Below are positions 30,884 to 41,771 of a DNA stretch of 64,000 nucleotides, piece after piece. A model generated the notes under the pieces. That model was not told the origin of the DNA. It made no database searches and saw only the letters and a list, made by a program, of their open reading frames with translations. The DNA is from an uncultured Spirochaetales bacterium (GTDB lineage Bacteria > Spirochaetota > Spirochaetia > CAZAKE01). Both the position numbers and the translations under genes were made by a program. Numbering within the stretch: the stretch's first letter is position 1; every line of letters starts with the position of its first letter. The stretch lies in NCBI GenBank assembly GCA_964485495.1, contig CAZAKE010000004.1:4190-68189 (forward strand). The letters run 5' to 3'.

Positions 30884-32933
30884 TCGATCTGCCGGAACTC
30901 TTCGACTCGTATTTGTATTCTTCTTTTCCGTGTGTTTCCTGCATATTTCTGCGGTTTACGCCACAGAAAACGCAATCGAATCCTACGAACAGGGGAAACG
31001 AGCACAGGTGTCCGGCGAGATCTACCGTGCAATAGAATATTATAAGGTCGCAGTGGAGCAGAATCCGGCGTATCTCGAGGCCTTGGCCGGGTTGGCCTCG
31101 GCGTATTTCACCCTCGGCGAGTATGCCGTAGCGCTGGAATATGTGCAGAAAGCGCTACAACTTGGGAGGGGCAGGGCGAGTCTCTGGAACATGACAGGAA
31201 GAATACTACTCGGTCTCGGTCGTCCCGATGACGCGGAGAAGGCGTATCGTGATGCTCTCAAGCTCGAGCCGAATAACATTGATGCCAATTTCGGGCTTGC
31301 CGAGATCGATATCGCCCGGGGACGGATGAAGAATGCCGTGAACAAGTACGAACAAGCCCTACAGATGTCACCGGACAACCGACGCGCCCTGTTGTCGCTG
31401 GTGATGCTGTACGGTGAAGTCGGAGATTACGAAGCTGCCGGGGAGTATATCGACAGGGCCCTCTACTACCACTCAGAGAAGCCCCAAGTGCGCTATTTGG
31501 CTGCGCAATACTATCTCGAGGTAGGTGATCTGGCTTCGGCCGAAGACCACGCCTCGATGGCGGTTCGTCAAGATCCGGAGTCTGTTGAAGCAATCCTCCT
31601 GCTGAGCCAGATCTACATCGCCAAGGGGAACCATGCACCGGCCGCGGAACTCGTTGCACGAGTCCTCGCCACCCATTCAGACGACCACCTTCTATGGTAT
31701 GCGTTGGGGAGTGCGTATGGTGCTACCGGACGTTCCGAAGATGCCCTCGATGCATTCGAGGCGGCTGTCTCGATTAGAGACGACGACGAGATATCCCGTC
31801 TCGCTCTCGAGTATACCGCAATCGATGGGTTCTCATCGGAATCACCGAGACGAACCGCGTATGCTCAGTATCGGTTCGATCGGGGTAAGGAGTTTTTGGA
31901 AAAAAACTATCTCGGCAGAGCGCGGCAAGAGCTGCGGCGGGGGTTGTTGATCTCCCCGCATGCTACGGGTGGCCGCATCCTGTATTCGGAACTCTTGGAC
32001 CGTCTCGGATTTCCACAGAAGGCGCTGAGTATGCTGCAGATCGCGGCGGATGAGATCCGAGACACATCGAAAAATCCCAAGCAGAGAATCGATGAGGCAA
32101 CGGCGGTCGTCGGCATCGAACCGGAGAGTCTGGAAACATGGGTATCGGACAGGATCGAGATCGCAGAGAGTATGTTGCAGGACGGGGTATCCTTTGCGTG
32201 GGACATCGATCAATATACCATCGAAAGACATCGCTTCTCCCTGTTAGTCTGTTACTCCATCCATCCGGGAGATATGATCCATGTAGGCGCGGAGGGGATC
32301 GTATCGAGACTCTATCGGGAGGCACTGCTCGGATACGAGCAGATAGTTGTCGATAAACCGATCAGGGTCGATTCATATGCGGAGGCATTCCGTCTCGCAC
32401 GGGAAACCGACGTTGATTACTTCGTGATCTTTCGCTGTGTAGAAGACCCCCGCAGCGTAACCCTCTTGAGTTCCGTATACAGCGCACAATCGGGGGCGCT
32501 ACTCGACAGATTTTCAGCTTACCGAACAGGGAATGAGAGAGTTGCCACTGCTATCGGAACCATCACCGGATCATTGGCGGAGCGGCTTCCTACGATCGGC
32601 ATCCTGTTGGATCGTAAATTCGATTCGGCGATCGTCAGCCTGGGGAGGATCGACGAGCTCGAGCCGGAGAGTGAATACGCAGTCGTGAGGCCTGAGGGGG
32701 TCAGCCTGCATTCAGGGGAGATCGCCGTGGTGATGGATCCCGACGACAGGGTCGGCACCTTCACGCCGGACACCATGGACGAGATGGTCAGTCGGGGGAC
32801 ACTGGAGAAAAACGGCTTTTTCGACATGATGAACCAGGGTGACTACGTGGTAGAAATTCCGGAGGAGGAGCCTGAATCAGGACAGGAGGAGACCTTCGGG
32901 TACATGTATCGCCGATTTTTGGATATTCAATGA
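30876..32933 (+). CDS. Secreted TPR-repeat protein
   Basis: It has a signal peptide and at least nine TPR units (AYFTLGEYAVALEYVQKALQLG..., AYRDALKLEPNNIDANF...). Confidence 0.65.
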   Translation: MPDRSAGTLRLVFVFFFSVCFLHISAVYATENAIESYEQGKRAQVSGEIYRAIEYYKVAVEQNPAYLEALAGLASAYFTLGEYAVALEYVQKALQLGRGRASLWNMTGRILLGLGRPDDAEKAYRDALKLEPNNIDANFGLAEIDIARGRMKNAVNKYEQALQMSPDNRRALLSLVMLYGEVGDYEAAGEYIDRALYYHSEKPQVRYLAAQYYLEVGDLASAEDHASMAVRQDPESVEAILLLSQIYIAKGNHAPAAELVARVLATHSDDHLLWYALGSAYGATGRSEDALDAFEAAVSIRDDDEISRLALEYTAIDGFSSESPRRTAYAQYRFDRGKEFLEKNYLGRARQELRRGLLISPHATGGRILYSELLDRLGFPQKALSMLQIAADEIRDTSKNPKQRIDEATAVVGIEPESLETWVSDRIEIAESMLQDGVSFAWDIDQYTIERHRFSLLVCYSIHPGDMIHVGAEGIVSRLYREALLGYEQIVVDKPIRVDSYAEAFRLARETDVDYFVIFRCVEDPRSVTLLSSVYSAQSGALLDRFSAYRTGNERVATAIGTITGSLAERLPTIGILLDRKFDSAIVSLGRIDELEPESEYAVVRPEGVSLHSGEIAVVMDPDDRVGTFTPDTMDEMVSRGTLEKNGFFDMMNQGDYVVEIPEEEPESGQEETFGYMYRRFLDIQ

Positions 32934-32974
32934 ACCCGGCCTGGATCTTCGACTTGGCCGGCTTTACGGTTTCA

Positions 32975-33003
32975 TTGACACGGTCGTCGATTTTCATTTA
33001 TAT
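32975..33003 (+). promoter_or_regulatory. Candidate sigma70-type promoter upstream of pgk
   Basis: TTGACA (32975-32980), 17-nt spacer, TTATAT (32998-33003), in an AT-rich intergenic region. Confidence 0.35.
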
Positions 33004-33122
33004 TCCATGTATATTTCATGCGATACGCGGTTGAGTACGAAAAATTGTCTTATCGAGTTTTTTAGAAGATCGTCCGTTCGGCACAACGACTCTGGCGATA
33101 TTGAATCGGAGGAAGGAAGCAG

Positions 33123-34316
33123 ATGGCATTGAAGACACTAAAGAGCATTTCCCTCGACGGGAAACGAGTATTGGTTCGAGTAGATTTTAACGTTCCCTTG
33201 AAGGATGCAGGTGGGAAATGGACCATTACCGATGATACCCGTATCCAGGCGGCAATTCCGACGCTCAAATATATCTTGGAACAACCCGGAACGTCACTGG
33301 TCGTCATGAGCCATCTCGGAAGGCCGAAGGGGCAGAAAAAGCCCGAGTTCAGCCTTTCACCGATTGCTTCCAGACTCGGCGAGCTTCTCGGTGTATCCGT
33401 CATCATGGCGGATGACTGTATAGGAGGGTCTGTGTCGACGGCCGTCTCGAACCTTACGGCAGGCGAGGTCATTCTCTTAGAGAATGTGAGGTTTCATCCT
33501 GGAGAAGAGAAGAACGATGCCGATTTCGCCAAGCGACTGGCCGCAAACGGAGATATATATGTGAACGATGCCTTCGGTACCGCTCATCGTGCACACGCAT
33601 CAACCGAGGGCGTGACTGCGTATCTGCCGGCCGTAGCAGGCTTCCTGATCGAGAAGGAGGTCAAATTCCTCGGCGGCGTACTCGAGAATCCCGAGAAACC
33701 CTTCGTGGCGATCATCGGAGGAGCAAAGGTTTCTACCAAGATCGCGGTATTGGAGTCCCTGCTGCCGAAATGCAGTACCCTGATCATCGGCGGCGGTATG
33801 GCCTATACCTTTCTAAAGGCACAGGGTCATTCAATCGGCAAGTCGCTCTTGGAGGAAGAATTCCTCTCGACCGCCGAGAATCTGCTCAGTTCCGCGGAAA
33901 AACAGGGCGTTGAGATCATACTGCCACAGGATCACGTGGCGGCCGGGGAGTTTTCTGAAGATGCCGCACCCGAGAAAATCGATTCGGAGAATATCCCGGA
34001 TGGATTAATCGGGATGGATATCGGAGACGCGACTCTCGCGGCGGTTCGGGATCGAATCCTGAATGCGAAGACTGTGGTCTGGAACGGGCCGATGGGTGTT
34101 TTCGAATTCGACGCCTTCGCTGCGGGTACATCGGCCGTCGCAAAATACGTGGCCGAGTGTAAGGGCACTACCGTGGTCGGTGGCGGCGATTCGGTAGCCG
34201 CGGTAAACAAGTTCGGTCTGGCCGAACGCATCGATCATGTATCGACAGGCGGAGGAGCTTCGCTGGAATTTCTCGAGGGGAAGTCGCTGCCGGGTATCGT
34301 GGCCCTCCAGGAGTAG
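33123..34316 (+). CDS. pgk: Phosphoglycerate kinase
   Basis: The 397-residue product has the N-terminal RVDFNVPL motif, the GGGASLE motif near the C-terminus, and the [10 protein letters not shown] motif. Confidence 0.95.
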   Translation: MALKTLKSISLDGKRVLVRVDFNVPLKDAGGKWTITDDTRIQAAIPTLKYILEQPGTSLVVMSHLGRPKGQKKPEFSLSPIASRLGELLGVSVIMADDCIGGSVSTAVSNLTAGEVILLENVRFHPGEEKNDADFAKRLAANGDIYVNDAFGTAHRAHASTEGVTAYLPAVAGFLIEKEVKFLGGVLENPEKPFVAIIGGAKVSTKIAVLESLLPKCSTLIIGGGMAYTFLKAQGHSIGKSLLEEEFLSTAENLLSSAEKQGVEIILPQDHVAAGEFSEDAAPEKIDSENIPDGLIGMDIGDATLAAVRDRILNAKTVVWNGPMGVFEFDAFAAGTSAVAKYVAECKGTTVVGGGDSVAAVNKFGLAERIDHVSTGGGASLEFLEGKSLPGIVALQE

Positions 34317-34407
34317 CATGTCGCTCCCGTCACGGGACATCGGAACCGGTAGCTGATTACTTCCGGTCCGGCACGGTACTATCGATCTCTATATGACGAT
34401 ACAATGA

Positions 34408-35181
34408 ATGCATAGGGGGATTCACGTTTTGAGACGAATTTTTATTGCAGGTAATTGGAAGATGAATAAGACTCCGTCGGAGGCTCGAGCACTCGCGCAG
34501 GGCTTGGTGTCCGAGCTAAAGGGAGTAGAGCATAGGCTGATGGTGGCGCCTTCATTTACGGCAATACCGGCCGTGGCGGAAGTCGTCCGCGGTACCAATA
34601 TCCTTCTCGGTGCGCAGAATATGTCTTCCGTGGAGGAGGGAGCGCATACCGGAGAGACATCGATCTTGATGCTGAAGGATCTGGGGGTACAGGTGGTGAT
34701 ACTCGGACACTCGGAACGCCGACAGATCTATGGTGAGAGTGACGAATTCATCAACGAGAAGGTGCGGCTGGCCCTCAATCACGGCCTCGAAGTTATCCTG
34801 TGTGTCGGTGAGACGCTCGAGCAGCGTGAAGCCGGTGACGCGGAGCAGGTGGTCGACAATCAAACGAGAAAGGGCCTCGCGGAGGTATCGAAAGCGGATA
34901 TGAGTCGCATCACCATCGCGTACGAACCCGTATGGGCAATCGGCACGGGGAAAACCGCCACACCCCAGGACGCCGACACGATTCATAGCACCATTCGGAA
35001 GGTTCTTCTTGACATCTATGATGCGGAGATATCCGATGCCGCTGTCATTCAATACGGCGGATCGGTAAAACCGGCGAACGCGAAAGACCTCATGAACATG
35101 AAGAATATCGACGGCGCGTTGGTCGGTGGTGCTTCGCTTTCTGTCGAACAATTTGGACCGATCGCGAAATTCGACCGGTAG
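34408..35181 (+). CDS. tpiA: Triosephosphate isomerase
   Basis: It has IAGNWKMNKT, the catalytic VILGHSERR / CVGE, and AYEPVWAIGTG. The likely true start is TTG at 34429 (MRRIFIAGNWKMN), 8 nt after a GGGGGA RBS, in the same frame as the ATG at 34408. Confidence 0.9.
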   Translation: MHRGIHVLRRIFIAGNWKMNKTPSEARALAQGLVSELKGVEHRLMVAPSFTAIPAVAEVVRGTNILLGAQNMSSVEEGAHTGETSILMLKDLGVQVVILGHSERRQIYGESDEFINEKVRLALNHGLEVILCVGETLEQREAGDAEQVVDNQTRKGLAEVSKADMSRITIAYEPVWAIGTGKTATPQDADTIHSTIRKVLLDIYDAEISDAAVIQYGGSVKPANAKDLMNMKNIDGALVGGASLSVEQFGPIAKFDR

Positions 35182-35342
35182 AATCTGAAAAGATGGGGTT
35201 CGTAGTAGAGCACTTCGGTGTTCGTCGACCGAAAGGATACCCATTATTGCACACCGACCACTGTTACCTCATCGTGTGTCGGTGAAATCCACAAAGAGCG
35301 AGAGAGAGTAGAGAGAGTAAGGGAATAGTTACTGTTTTTTTA

Positions 35343-35672
35343 TTGGTGATATTTGTACTCACTTGTATATTTCTGGTAGTAGTCGTTCTACTGCAGGATG
35401 AACAGGGCGAGGGGCTCGGAGGTATTTTCGGCGGTGGAAGTGCTACCCCTTTCGGTAGCCGTTCCGGAAACATCTTGACGAAATTCACGTCGATACTCGG
35501 CGCAATATTCATCGTATGCGCCTTCGGATTAGCATGGATCAACAAGACCTCCGAGGAGGGGGACGTTATCGGTGCGGCCAGGCGGAGTGGTAATGCTGCG
35601 CAGGAGAACTCCGATTGGTGGAACGCTCCCGATCAGGAAGAGTCCGAGCAGGAAACCGTAGATTCGGAATAA
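35343..35672 (+). CDS. secG: Preprotein translocase subunit SecG
   Basis: The product has two TM helices flanking a Gly-rich loop (LGGIFGGGSATPFGSRSGN). TTG start. It lies in the conserved pgk-tpi-secG order. Confidence 0.75.
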   Translation: MVIFVLTCIFLVVVVLLQDEQGEGLGGIFGGGSATPFGSRSGNILTKFTSILGAIFIVCAFGLAWINKTSEEGDVIGAARRSGNAAQENSDWWNAPDQEESEQETVDSE

Positions 35673-35752
35673 TCGGCATATCGGACGAAATGAGTCGTTT
35701 CCGGATACGAATATTTCATGAAAAGAACGGGTTCATGCAAGCGGGGTTGTAA

Positions 35753-36163
35753 ATGAGAGTTGCTGTTATTTTCTTCGCGGGATTGAAACGAGATAAGCTG
35801 GTTGAGATATCTCGTGCCCTCGCCAAGGGACTCGAATCACAAGGACACCATGTGGACTTGATAGACGGAGATAGAGACGTCAATACCAAGTTAACGATCT
35901 ATGGATATATTGCCGTCGGAACCTCCGCCGTGTCGTTCATCGGCGGGAAGATACCCGAAAAGGTTCCTTCATTTATCGCGAATTCCGGAATAGTCTCGGG
36001 AAAACGAAGTTTCGCATATGTCGCGAAGGCGGGAATCCGAATCGTCAAGACAATGTCAAAACTCATGCAGACCATGGAGCATGAAGGGATGTATTTGAAA
36101 TATTCGGAAGTGCTCTCCTCGCCGGAAGAGGCTGAGGCCATCGGCAAACGCCTCCATAGTTGA
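35753..36163 (+). CDS. Hypothetical protein
   Basis: The 136-residue ORF has no motif I recognise; it may have a flavodoxin-like alpha/beta pattern. Confidence 0.4.
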   Translation: MRVAVIFFAGLKRDKLVEISRALAKGLESQGHHVDLIDGDRDVNTKLTIYGYIAVGTSAVSFIGGKIPEKVPSFIANSGIVSGKRSFAYVAKAGIRIVKTMSKLMQTMEHEGMYLKYSEVLSSPEEAEAIGKRLHS

Positions 36164-36241
36164 ATCTATAGAAGCGAGGTCGACGGCTCAAGCAGTATGC
36201 TCGTGTTATATACATAATGGAATGGGGAATAGGGGAAATAA

Positions 36242-37303
36242 GTGAAGATACGATATAGTTTGATTCTCGCGTTTATCATAATCGTGGTCGTGCCCGGTTT
36301 TGCCCAGCTCATCGATCAACCCGTCGCAACCGTCGATTTGGTGCGAATGGAGCCAATCACAGCAAAACAGCTCGATAATAAATTGGAATCCGTCAGGACC
36401 TTGAGTATGCAGGCCGGACTCTCTCCCGGAGTAATCGACAGAAAGCAGGTCCTCGAATCGATGATCGCGGAGATTCTTCTACGGCAAGGCGCCGAGCGGA
36501 AGAAGATTAATGTGTCGGCCGAGGAGGTAAATAACGTCGTCACGACGTTGAAGCGGAACGCGGAGGCACAGGTCGGGAGAGAACTGACGCAGATAGAATT
36601 CCGTAGTCTGGTTACCCAGCAGACCGGCATGACCTGGGATCAATATACGGCACAACTCAGATCGGAACTGATAAAGCAGCAGTATGTCGCCGTAGAGAAG
36701 CGGTCCGTTCTCGATGCGGTAAAGAATCCTACCGACAGGGAGATCGAGAAGAGATATTTCGAGAATGCGAATAAATTTACCAATCCTGAATATGTACGCT
36801 TCAGCCAGGTGTACATCAGCACAGTGAATTTGGCCGCCTCCGAGAAGAGCAGAGCCAGAGAGAACGCCGAAAAGATTTTCTCGAGGTACCGAAACGGCGA
36901 GATGAGTTTTTCGGAGCTGGTCGAGCAGTATTCCGAGGATGCTTCCTCGAAATACAAGCAGGGCGATGCGGGGTATGTCGGCCGTGATAATCAACAGGTG
37001 GCCCAATTATTTGGTGAGTCATTCTTCGATACTCTCTTCGATGCGGAGGTCGGAGCGGTAGAAGGAGTCTATGAGTCACGGGTCGGTTTCCACATCATCA
37101 AAATCACCGAACACGAGTATCCTAAGATACTCAAGCTGGAGGATCCCGTATCACCCACCAATTCCATGACGGTACGCGAATATATTCGTGCCGGAATTCT
37201 GCAGGAACGGCAACAGGAAGCTCTTCAACGGGCATTAGAGGAGCTCATCGGCGAGTTAAAGAAAGAGGCAGAGATCCGGATATTCGATGAAAGTCTTCAG
37301 TGA
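36242..37303 (+). CDS. SurA/PrsA-like periplasmic peptidyl-prolyl isomerase (parvulin domain)
   Basis: It has a signal peptide (LILAFIIIVVVPGFAQ), a chaperone-like N-terminal domain, and a C-terminal parvulin motif (GVYESRVGFHIIKI). Confidence 0.6.
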   Translation: MKIRYSLILAFIIIVVVPGFAQLIDQPVATVDLVRMEPITAKQLDNKLESVRTLSMQAGLSPGVIDRKQVLESMIAEILLRQGAERKKINVSAEEVNNVVTTLKRNAEAQVGRELTQIEFRSLVTQQTGMTWDQYTAQLRSELIKQQYVAVEKRSVLDAVKNPTDREIEKRYFENANKFTNPEYVRFSQVYISTVNLAASEKSRARENAEKIFSRYRNGEMSFSELVEQYSEDASSKYKQGDAGYVGRDNQQVAQLFGESFFDTLFDAEVGAVEGVYESRVGFHIIKITEHEYPKILKLEDPVSPTNSMTVREYIRAGILQERQQEALQRALEELIGELKKEAEIRIFDESLQ

Positions 37304-37322
37304 TAGTACATGAGTTACCGTA

Positions 37323-37742
37323 ATGGGCTCTCGACGGAAAGGTAGAATACTTGCTTTTCAGGCGGTGTTCGGATGGGACTTTGCAGCCACACCGCTAAAA
37401 GAGCTACTCGAATTCGACTGGCTGGATGAGGATCGAAAAAGTAAATTCGACTCTGAAACCCTCACATTCGCCCGCTTACTCGTTCAAGGCACGCTCGAAA
37501 ATCTCTCCGAAGTCGACGACGCGATTACAAATCAGTTGAAGAATTGGGATTTCAATCGACTCTCCCGAGTCGATCTGGCAATCATGCGCATGAGTGTCTA
37601 TGCGCTTCTCTATCAGTCGGATATCCCTGCCTCCGTAACCATCGATGAGGCGGTAGATATCGGCAAGGAATTCGGAACAGACGATTCCTACAAATTTATC
37701 AACGGAGTGTTGGATGGTATCAGGCGGGCTAGAGAGGCATGA
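37323..37742 (+). CDS. nusB: Transcription antitermination factor NusB
   Basis: MGSRRKGRILAFQAVFGWDF is the NusB N-terminal signature, and the product is 139 residues long. Confidence 0.85.
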   Translation: MGSRRKGRILAFQAVFGWDFAATPLKELLEFDWLDEDRKSKFDSETLTFARLLVQGTLENLSEVDDAITNQLKNWDFNRLSRVDLAIMRMSVYALLYQSDIPASVTIDEAVDIGKEFGTDDSYKFINGVLDGIRRAREA

Positions 37743-39391
37743 ACGGTCGGAACAGAACGATCCTGTTGATTGCGACGACGCTCCTGCTCCTATCGATACT
37801 AGTTGTTCTCGTAGTACTCGATCTTCCTTTCGGTCCGGAGAAGCAGGCCGGACGATTGCTGGAATTAATAGAACAGGCTGATGAAGCCATCTCACGTGGA
37901 TATTACGAGCAGGCGGCGACGATACTCGAGAGGGCGTCTGAGACGGCAAATTCGAGTGTTGAGTGGCTCCGTATCTTGAAACGGGCACACACACTTGCTA
38001 CGACCACAGGGTCATATGAAGGCTTTGCAGGTATCGCATCAAAAGCCCGGAAGGCATTTCCCAATCGACAGGATATCGCCGCTTGCGCCGTATATGGGAT
38101 GATGCGTACCGGAATGGTACATGAGGCGACCATTCTCGAGGCGGTGGAAAAACTTGGGCAGGATTTCGACTCTCTTACGGCCGAAGTGTATCTACTGCGA
38201 GGTGTCGGTCGGGATATCGTAGAAAATATGGACGGATATTTCGGGGATTTTGTGCAGACGGTCCAGCAGCGGGATCCGGACGATCTGTCGCGACTGGCCG
38301 GATTTGAAAACGATCCGCGGCTGTTTCTCGATGCCGCACTGCTGCTGATGCTCGATGGCGAGAGGGAGCGAGCCAACTCACTCTCATCCCGGCGAGAAGT
38401 CGAGACGGAATTTCCTGAAGCGGCGATGACGATAGCCTACGACTCCGGAGATGTCGGACGGGCAACAGATATCTATCGCAGCGTGTATTGGTATCGAACT
38501 GATATTCCGCCGGATATTCGTTTATTCGGATCGGATATATTTCTTGACGCCGGACTTAGCGAGACCGCGAAAGAGAATTATCGTGAATTCCTTTCAAAAT
38601 TTCCCGATCACTCATGGATCCCATACTATAACCTGTCTCTCCTGCATCAAGGAACCCAAGAAGAGGTCGATGTTGTGCGCGAGGGACTGAAGCGGTTTCC
38701 TGGAAATGAACTATTATCGGTGAGGTACGCCGTTATCACCTCCAAAAACGGTGACGACAGACAGGCGGCCATGAGAATTCTGGAAGAATTGAGAGATCAT
38801 GGAAGCTTCGGACAGGCTGCAGCACTCGAGGTTCTACGATTGACGAAAAGTGAACTTTCGAGGAAGCGGTTCGAGGCGGAGTTATGGCGAATGTTCAACT
38901 CAGAGGACGTCATCGAGGATACGGTAGTATATCTATTATGGTATCTCGCCGGGATCGGGGATACTGATTCGATGGAACTTATCCTCAAGCGTTCGGAATC
39001 GATGTATACCAATGCCTGGTGGCAGGATTTCTACGCCGGTGTGATCGATTACAAAGACGGGAAGGTAAAAGGCGCCATCGAAGAATTTCGGGAGGCCGGA
39101 TCCGGCCGCGCGCCGTGGGAGACGGAATATAATCTGGGCCTCGCATATCTTGTATCAGGAGACTATGCTACTGCGGCCCATTTCATGCGTGAGGCACTCG
39201 ACGTTGCGGGAAAGCGCAAGGACGAAGGGATAGAGCCGCAGACCGAGGCGACTATACTCACCGGGCTTGCGATGGTTCTCCTGGAGTCCGGTGACCGAGA
39301 AGGGGCGTTGCGGGAGGTTCGATACGCATTGGAATTGGATCAGACGAACCTTTCGGCGAGTCTGATACTCAAGAGAGCGACTACGAAGTAG
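37739..39391 (+). CDS. Membrane-anchored TPR-repeat protein
   Basis: It has an N-terminal TM anchor (ILLIATTLLLLSILVVLVVL) followed by multiple TPR-like helices. Confidence 0.6.
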   Translation: MNGRNRTILLIATTLLLLSILVVLVVLDLPFGPEKQAGRLLELIEQADEAISRGYYEQAATILERASETANSSVEWLRILKRAHTLATTTGSYEGFAGIASKARKAFPNRQDIAACAVYGMMRTGMVHEATILEAVEKLGQDFDSLTAEVYLLRGVGRDIVENMDGYFGDFVQTVQQRDPDDLSRLAGFENDPRLFLDAALLLMLDGERERANSLSSRREVETEFPEAAMTIAYDSGDVGRATDIYRSVYWYRTDIPPDIRLFGSDIFLDAGLSETAKENYREFLSKFPDHSWIPYYNLSLLHQGTQEEVDVVREGLKRFPGNELLSVRYAVITSKNGDDRQAAMRILEELRDHGSFGQAAALEVLRLTKSELSRKRFEAELWRMFNSEDVIEDTVVYLLWYLAGIGDTDSMELILKRSESMYTNAWWQDFYAGVIDYKDGKVKGAIEEFREAGSGRAPWETEYNLGLAYLVSGDYATAAHFMREALDVAGKRKDEGIEPQTEATILTGLAMVLLESGDREGALREVRYALELDQTNLSASLILKRATTK

Positions 39392-39434
39392 TGTATGACA
39401 TCCAAACATCAAGGTATTAGGAGTGCACGACAGA

Positions 39435-40184
39435 ATGATACAGCTGAAGAATGAACGGGAGTTATCTGGGATTCGAGATGCCTGTAAGATCACGGCTGCA
39501 CTGTTCGATGAGTTACAGGCAAGAATCCATCCTGGTATCACGACGCTACAGTTGGATACCTTTGCACGGGATTACATAGTGAAACGTGGAGGGAGGCCCG
39601 CGTTTTACAAATATCAGGAGTTTCCTGCCAATATCTGCGTGTCCGTGAACGATGAGGTGATACACGGAATTCCCGGTTCTCGTGTTCTTCTCGACGGTGA
39701 CATCGTAGGTATCGATCTCGGTATAGAGTTGGATGGATTCTTCAGCGACGCGGCGAAGACGTTCGCCGTTGGGCGGGTATCGAAGGATGCGGATAGGCTC
39801 ATGCATGTCACACAAGAGTGTCTTCGAGCCGGCATAGATGCCGCCGTATACGGGAACCGTATAAAAGATATCTCCCGTGCGGTGTACGATGTGGCGAAAA
39901 AATCCGGATATGGAGTCGTTCGGGAGTATTGCGGTCACGGGGTCGGGTTTTCACAACATGAAGACCCACAGGTGTCGAATTATGTCGGCAGAGGAGCGAA
40001 TCCGAGATTGAAACCCGGAATGGTGATTGCCATCGAACCGATGATCAATGCGGGTGGTGACGGTATCGTGCTTATGAACGACGATTGGACGGTGAAAACG
40101 GAGGATGGTTCGCTCTCCGCTCATTTCGAACATACGATTGCGATACATCGGGACAATACGGAAATATTAACGCAATCCGATTAG
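39435..40184 (+). CDS. map: Type I methionine aminopeptidase
   Basis: The metal ligands D..D..H..E..E sit in conserved contexts (FDGDIVGIDLG, CGHGVG, EHTIAIH). ATG at 39435, 12 nt after an AGGAG (the track gives GTG at 39423). Confidence 0.9.
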   Translation: MIQLKNERELSGIRDACKITAALFDELQARIHPGITTLQLDTFARDYIVKRGGRPAFYKYQEFPANICVSVNDEVIHGIPGSRVLLDGDIVGIDLGIELDGFFSDAAKTFAVGRVSKDADRLMHVTQECLRAGIDAAVYGNRIKDISRAVYDVAKKSGYGVVREYCGHGVGFSQHEDPQVSNYVGRGANPRLKPGMVIAIEPMINAGGDGIVLMNDDWTVKTEDGSLSAHFEHTIAIHRDNTEILTQSD

Positions 40185-40201
40185 CTTCGGAGTTCGTTTT
40201 C

Positions 40202-40223
40202 TGTTACACTACTGTTACACTAT
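40202..40223 (+). repeat. Perfect 11-bp tandem direct repeat CTGTTACACTA x2 upstream of htrA
   Basis: Read directly from the sequence: 40202-40212 is identical to 40213-40223, about 115 nt upstream of the htrA ATG. Confidence 0.9.
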
Positions 40224-40337
40224 GGAGATAGGCATTTACATCAAATAACTGTATGATTGTCATTTATCATCCTTCACTGAGATCGTTCATGGGTGTGGGT
40301 GGATTTGTGCTTCGGCCGGATTAGGAAGGTACTGCGG

Positions 40338-41750
40338 ATGAAATGGAAGGGTTTGATTCTTCTCATGGGGTTGGTTCTCGCGTGTGTCGGATGTGCGGGA
40401 CGAAGTCCCGACGGTTCCGCCGCCCAGGGGCTGAATGCGCTTCAGGAGACACAGCATGCCTTCCGAGCCATCTCAGGAGATGTCTTGCCCAGTGTCGTCG
40501 AGGTAAATGTTGCAGAGATAACGCGGCAACCGGTTCCTGAATCACGCGGTTGGCCGTGGAATTTCATGTTCCCTGATTCCGAAAACGGTGAGGGCGAGCG
40601 GGAATTTCGTACCCAGGGGCTCGGGTCGGGATTTATCATCGGACGGGATAGCGATACATACCTGGTTGTCACGAACAATCATGTAGTCGGTAACGCCGAC
40701 GAGATTTCGATCAGGTCGTATGATGATAAATATTTTCCGGCTATCTGCATCGGAAAAGACGAGCGATCGGATTTGGCGCTATTAACCTTCGAGTCTCCCG
40801 AGAGGAATTTCGAAGTTGCCCATATTGGTGATTCCGATACGTTGATGGTCGGCGACTGGGTGCTTGCTTTCGGAAGTCCGCTGAGCTTGGAGTTTTCCGT
40901 TACCGCCGGGATCGTCAGCGCCTTACACCGGAGTGGGCCAACCGCTATCTCCGACTATATCCAGACCGACGCAGCCATCAACCAGGGAAACTCCGGAGGT
41001 CCTCTCGTGAATCTCGATGGATCGGTGGTAGGTGTGAATACATGGATTACGACACCTACGGGGGGAAATGTCGGACTGGGATTCGCTATTCCGATCAACA
41101 ATGTCGTCAGAGTGGTCGATGATCTACGGGAATTCGGGAAGGTTCGGTACGGATGGCTGGGTGTTAGTATCAAGGATCCCTACGATCCTCTACAAACGGC
41201 AATGGGTTTGGAAGGCCTTCGCGGCGCCATGGTTTTTCATGTATATCGTGAATCACCGGCCGCCGAAGGAGGAGTCAAGCCTGGTGATTTCATTCTTGCG
41301 GTGAACGGCAGAGATGTAGGCGACGCCGATAGGCTCATAATGCTCGTGGGAACCCTGATGCCGGAGCGTAAGGCCGATTTTGTGATCCTCCGAAAGGGTG
41401 AGCGTATCAGGCTAACCGTAGAGATGGGTGTACGCGAAGACAATACGATCATCGCCGATCGCAGCTCCTCCCTGTGGCCGGGATTCGAGGTCATACCATT
41501 ATCTGAAGAGATTCGCAGCAGACTCGAAATTGACCCGAAAATCGAGGGTTTGGCGGTCGTTCAGGTCATCGACCGAACCGGCGTAGACGAAGCAGGATTG
41601 CGGCAACTCGATGTTATTCAAGCGATAAACGAGAAGGCGGTGACCGGTGTTGTCGATTTCTACACATTGATGAACGATCCGGAGATCGGTACCTACTCTC
41701 TGTCGGTTCTGCGGAATGGTTCCACTATGACTATACACGTCACGAAGTAA
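40338..41750 (+). CDS. htrA: HtrA/DegP-family periplasmic serine protease with PDZ domains
   Basis: It has a lipoprotein-like signal (LVLACVGCAG) and the catalytic triad contexts NNHVVG, DLALL and GNSGGPL, followed by two PDZ-like regions. I chose the Met at 40338, which has a GGAAGG RBS. Confidence 0.9.
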   Translation: MKWKGLILLMGLVLACVGCAGRSPDGSAAQGLNALQETQHAFRAISGDVLPSVVEVNVAEITRQPVPESRGWPWNFMFPDSENGEGEREFRTQGLGSGFIIGRDSDTYLVVTNNHVVGNADEISIRSYDDKYFPAICIGKDERSDLALLTFESPERNFEVAHIGDSDTLMVGDWVLAFGSPLSLEFSVTAGIVSALHRSGPTAISDYIQTDAAINQGNSGGPLVNLDGSVVGVNTWITTPTGGNVGLGFAIPINNVVRVVDDLREFGKVRYGWLGVSIKDPYDPLQTAMGLEGLRGAMVFHVYRESPAAEGGVKPGDFILAVNGRDVGDADRLIMLVGTLMPERKADFVILRKGERIRLTVEMGVREDNTIIADRSSSLWPGFEVIPLSEEIRSRLEIDPKIEGLAVVQVIDRTGVDEAGLRQLDVIQAINEKAVTGVVDFYTLMNDPEIGTYSLSVLRNGSTMTIHVTK

Positions 41751-41771
41751 CCGGGGTGAGGGAGGATCGGC

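Noticed and set aside
35290-35322. Purine-rich GA tract (agcgagagagagtagagagagtaagggaa) upstream of secG
   Set aside because: It is probably just an extended Shine-Dalgarno-like region and low-complexity spacer, with no paired element or repeat partner.
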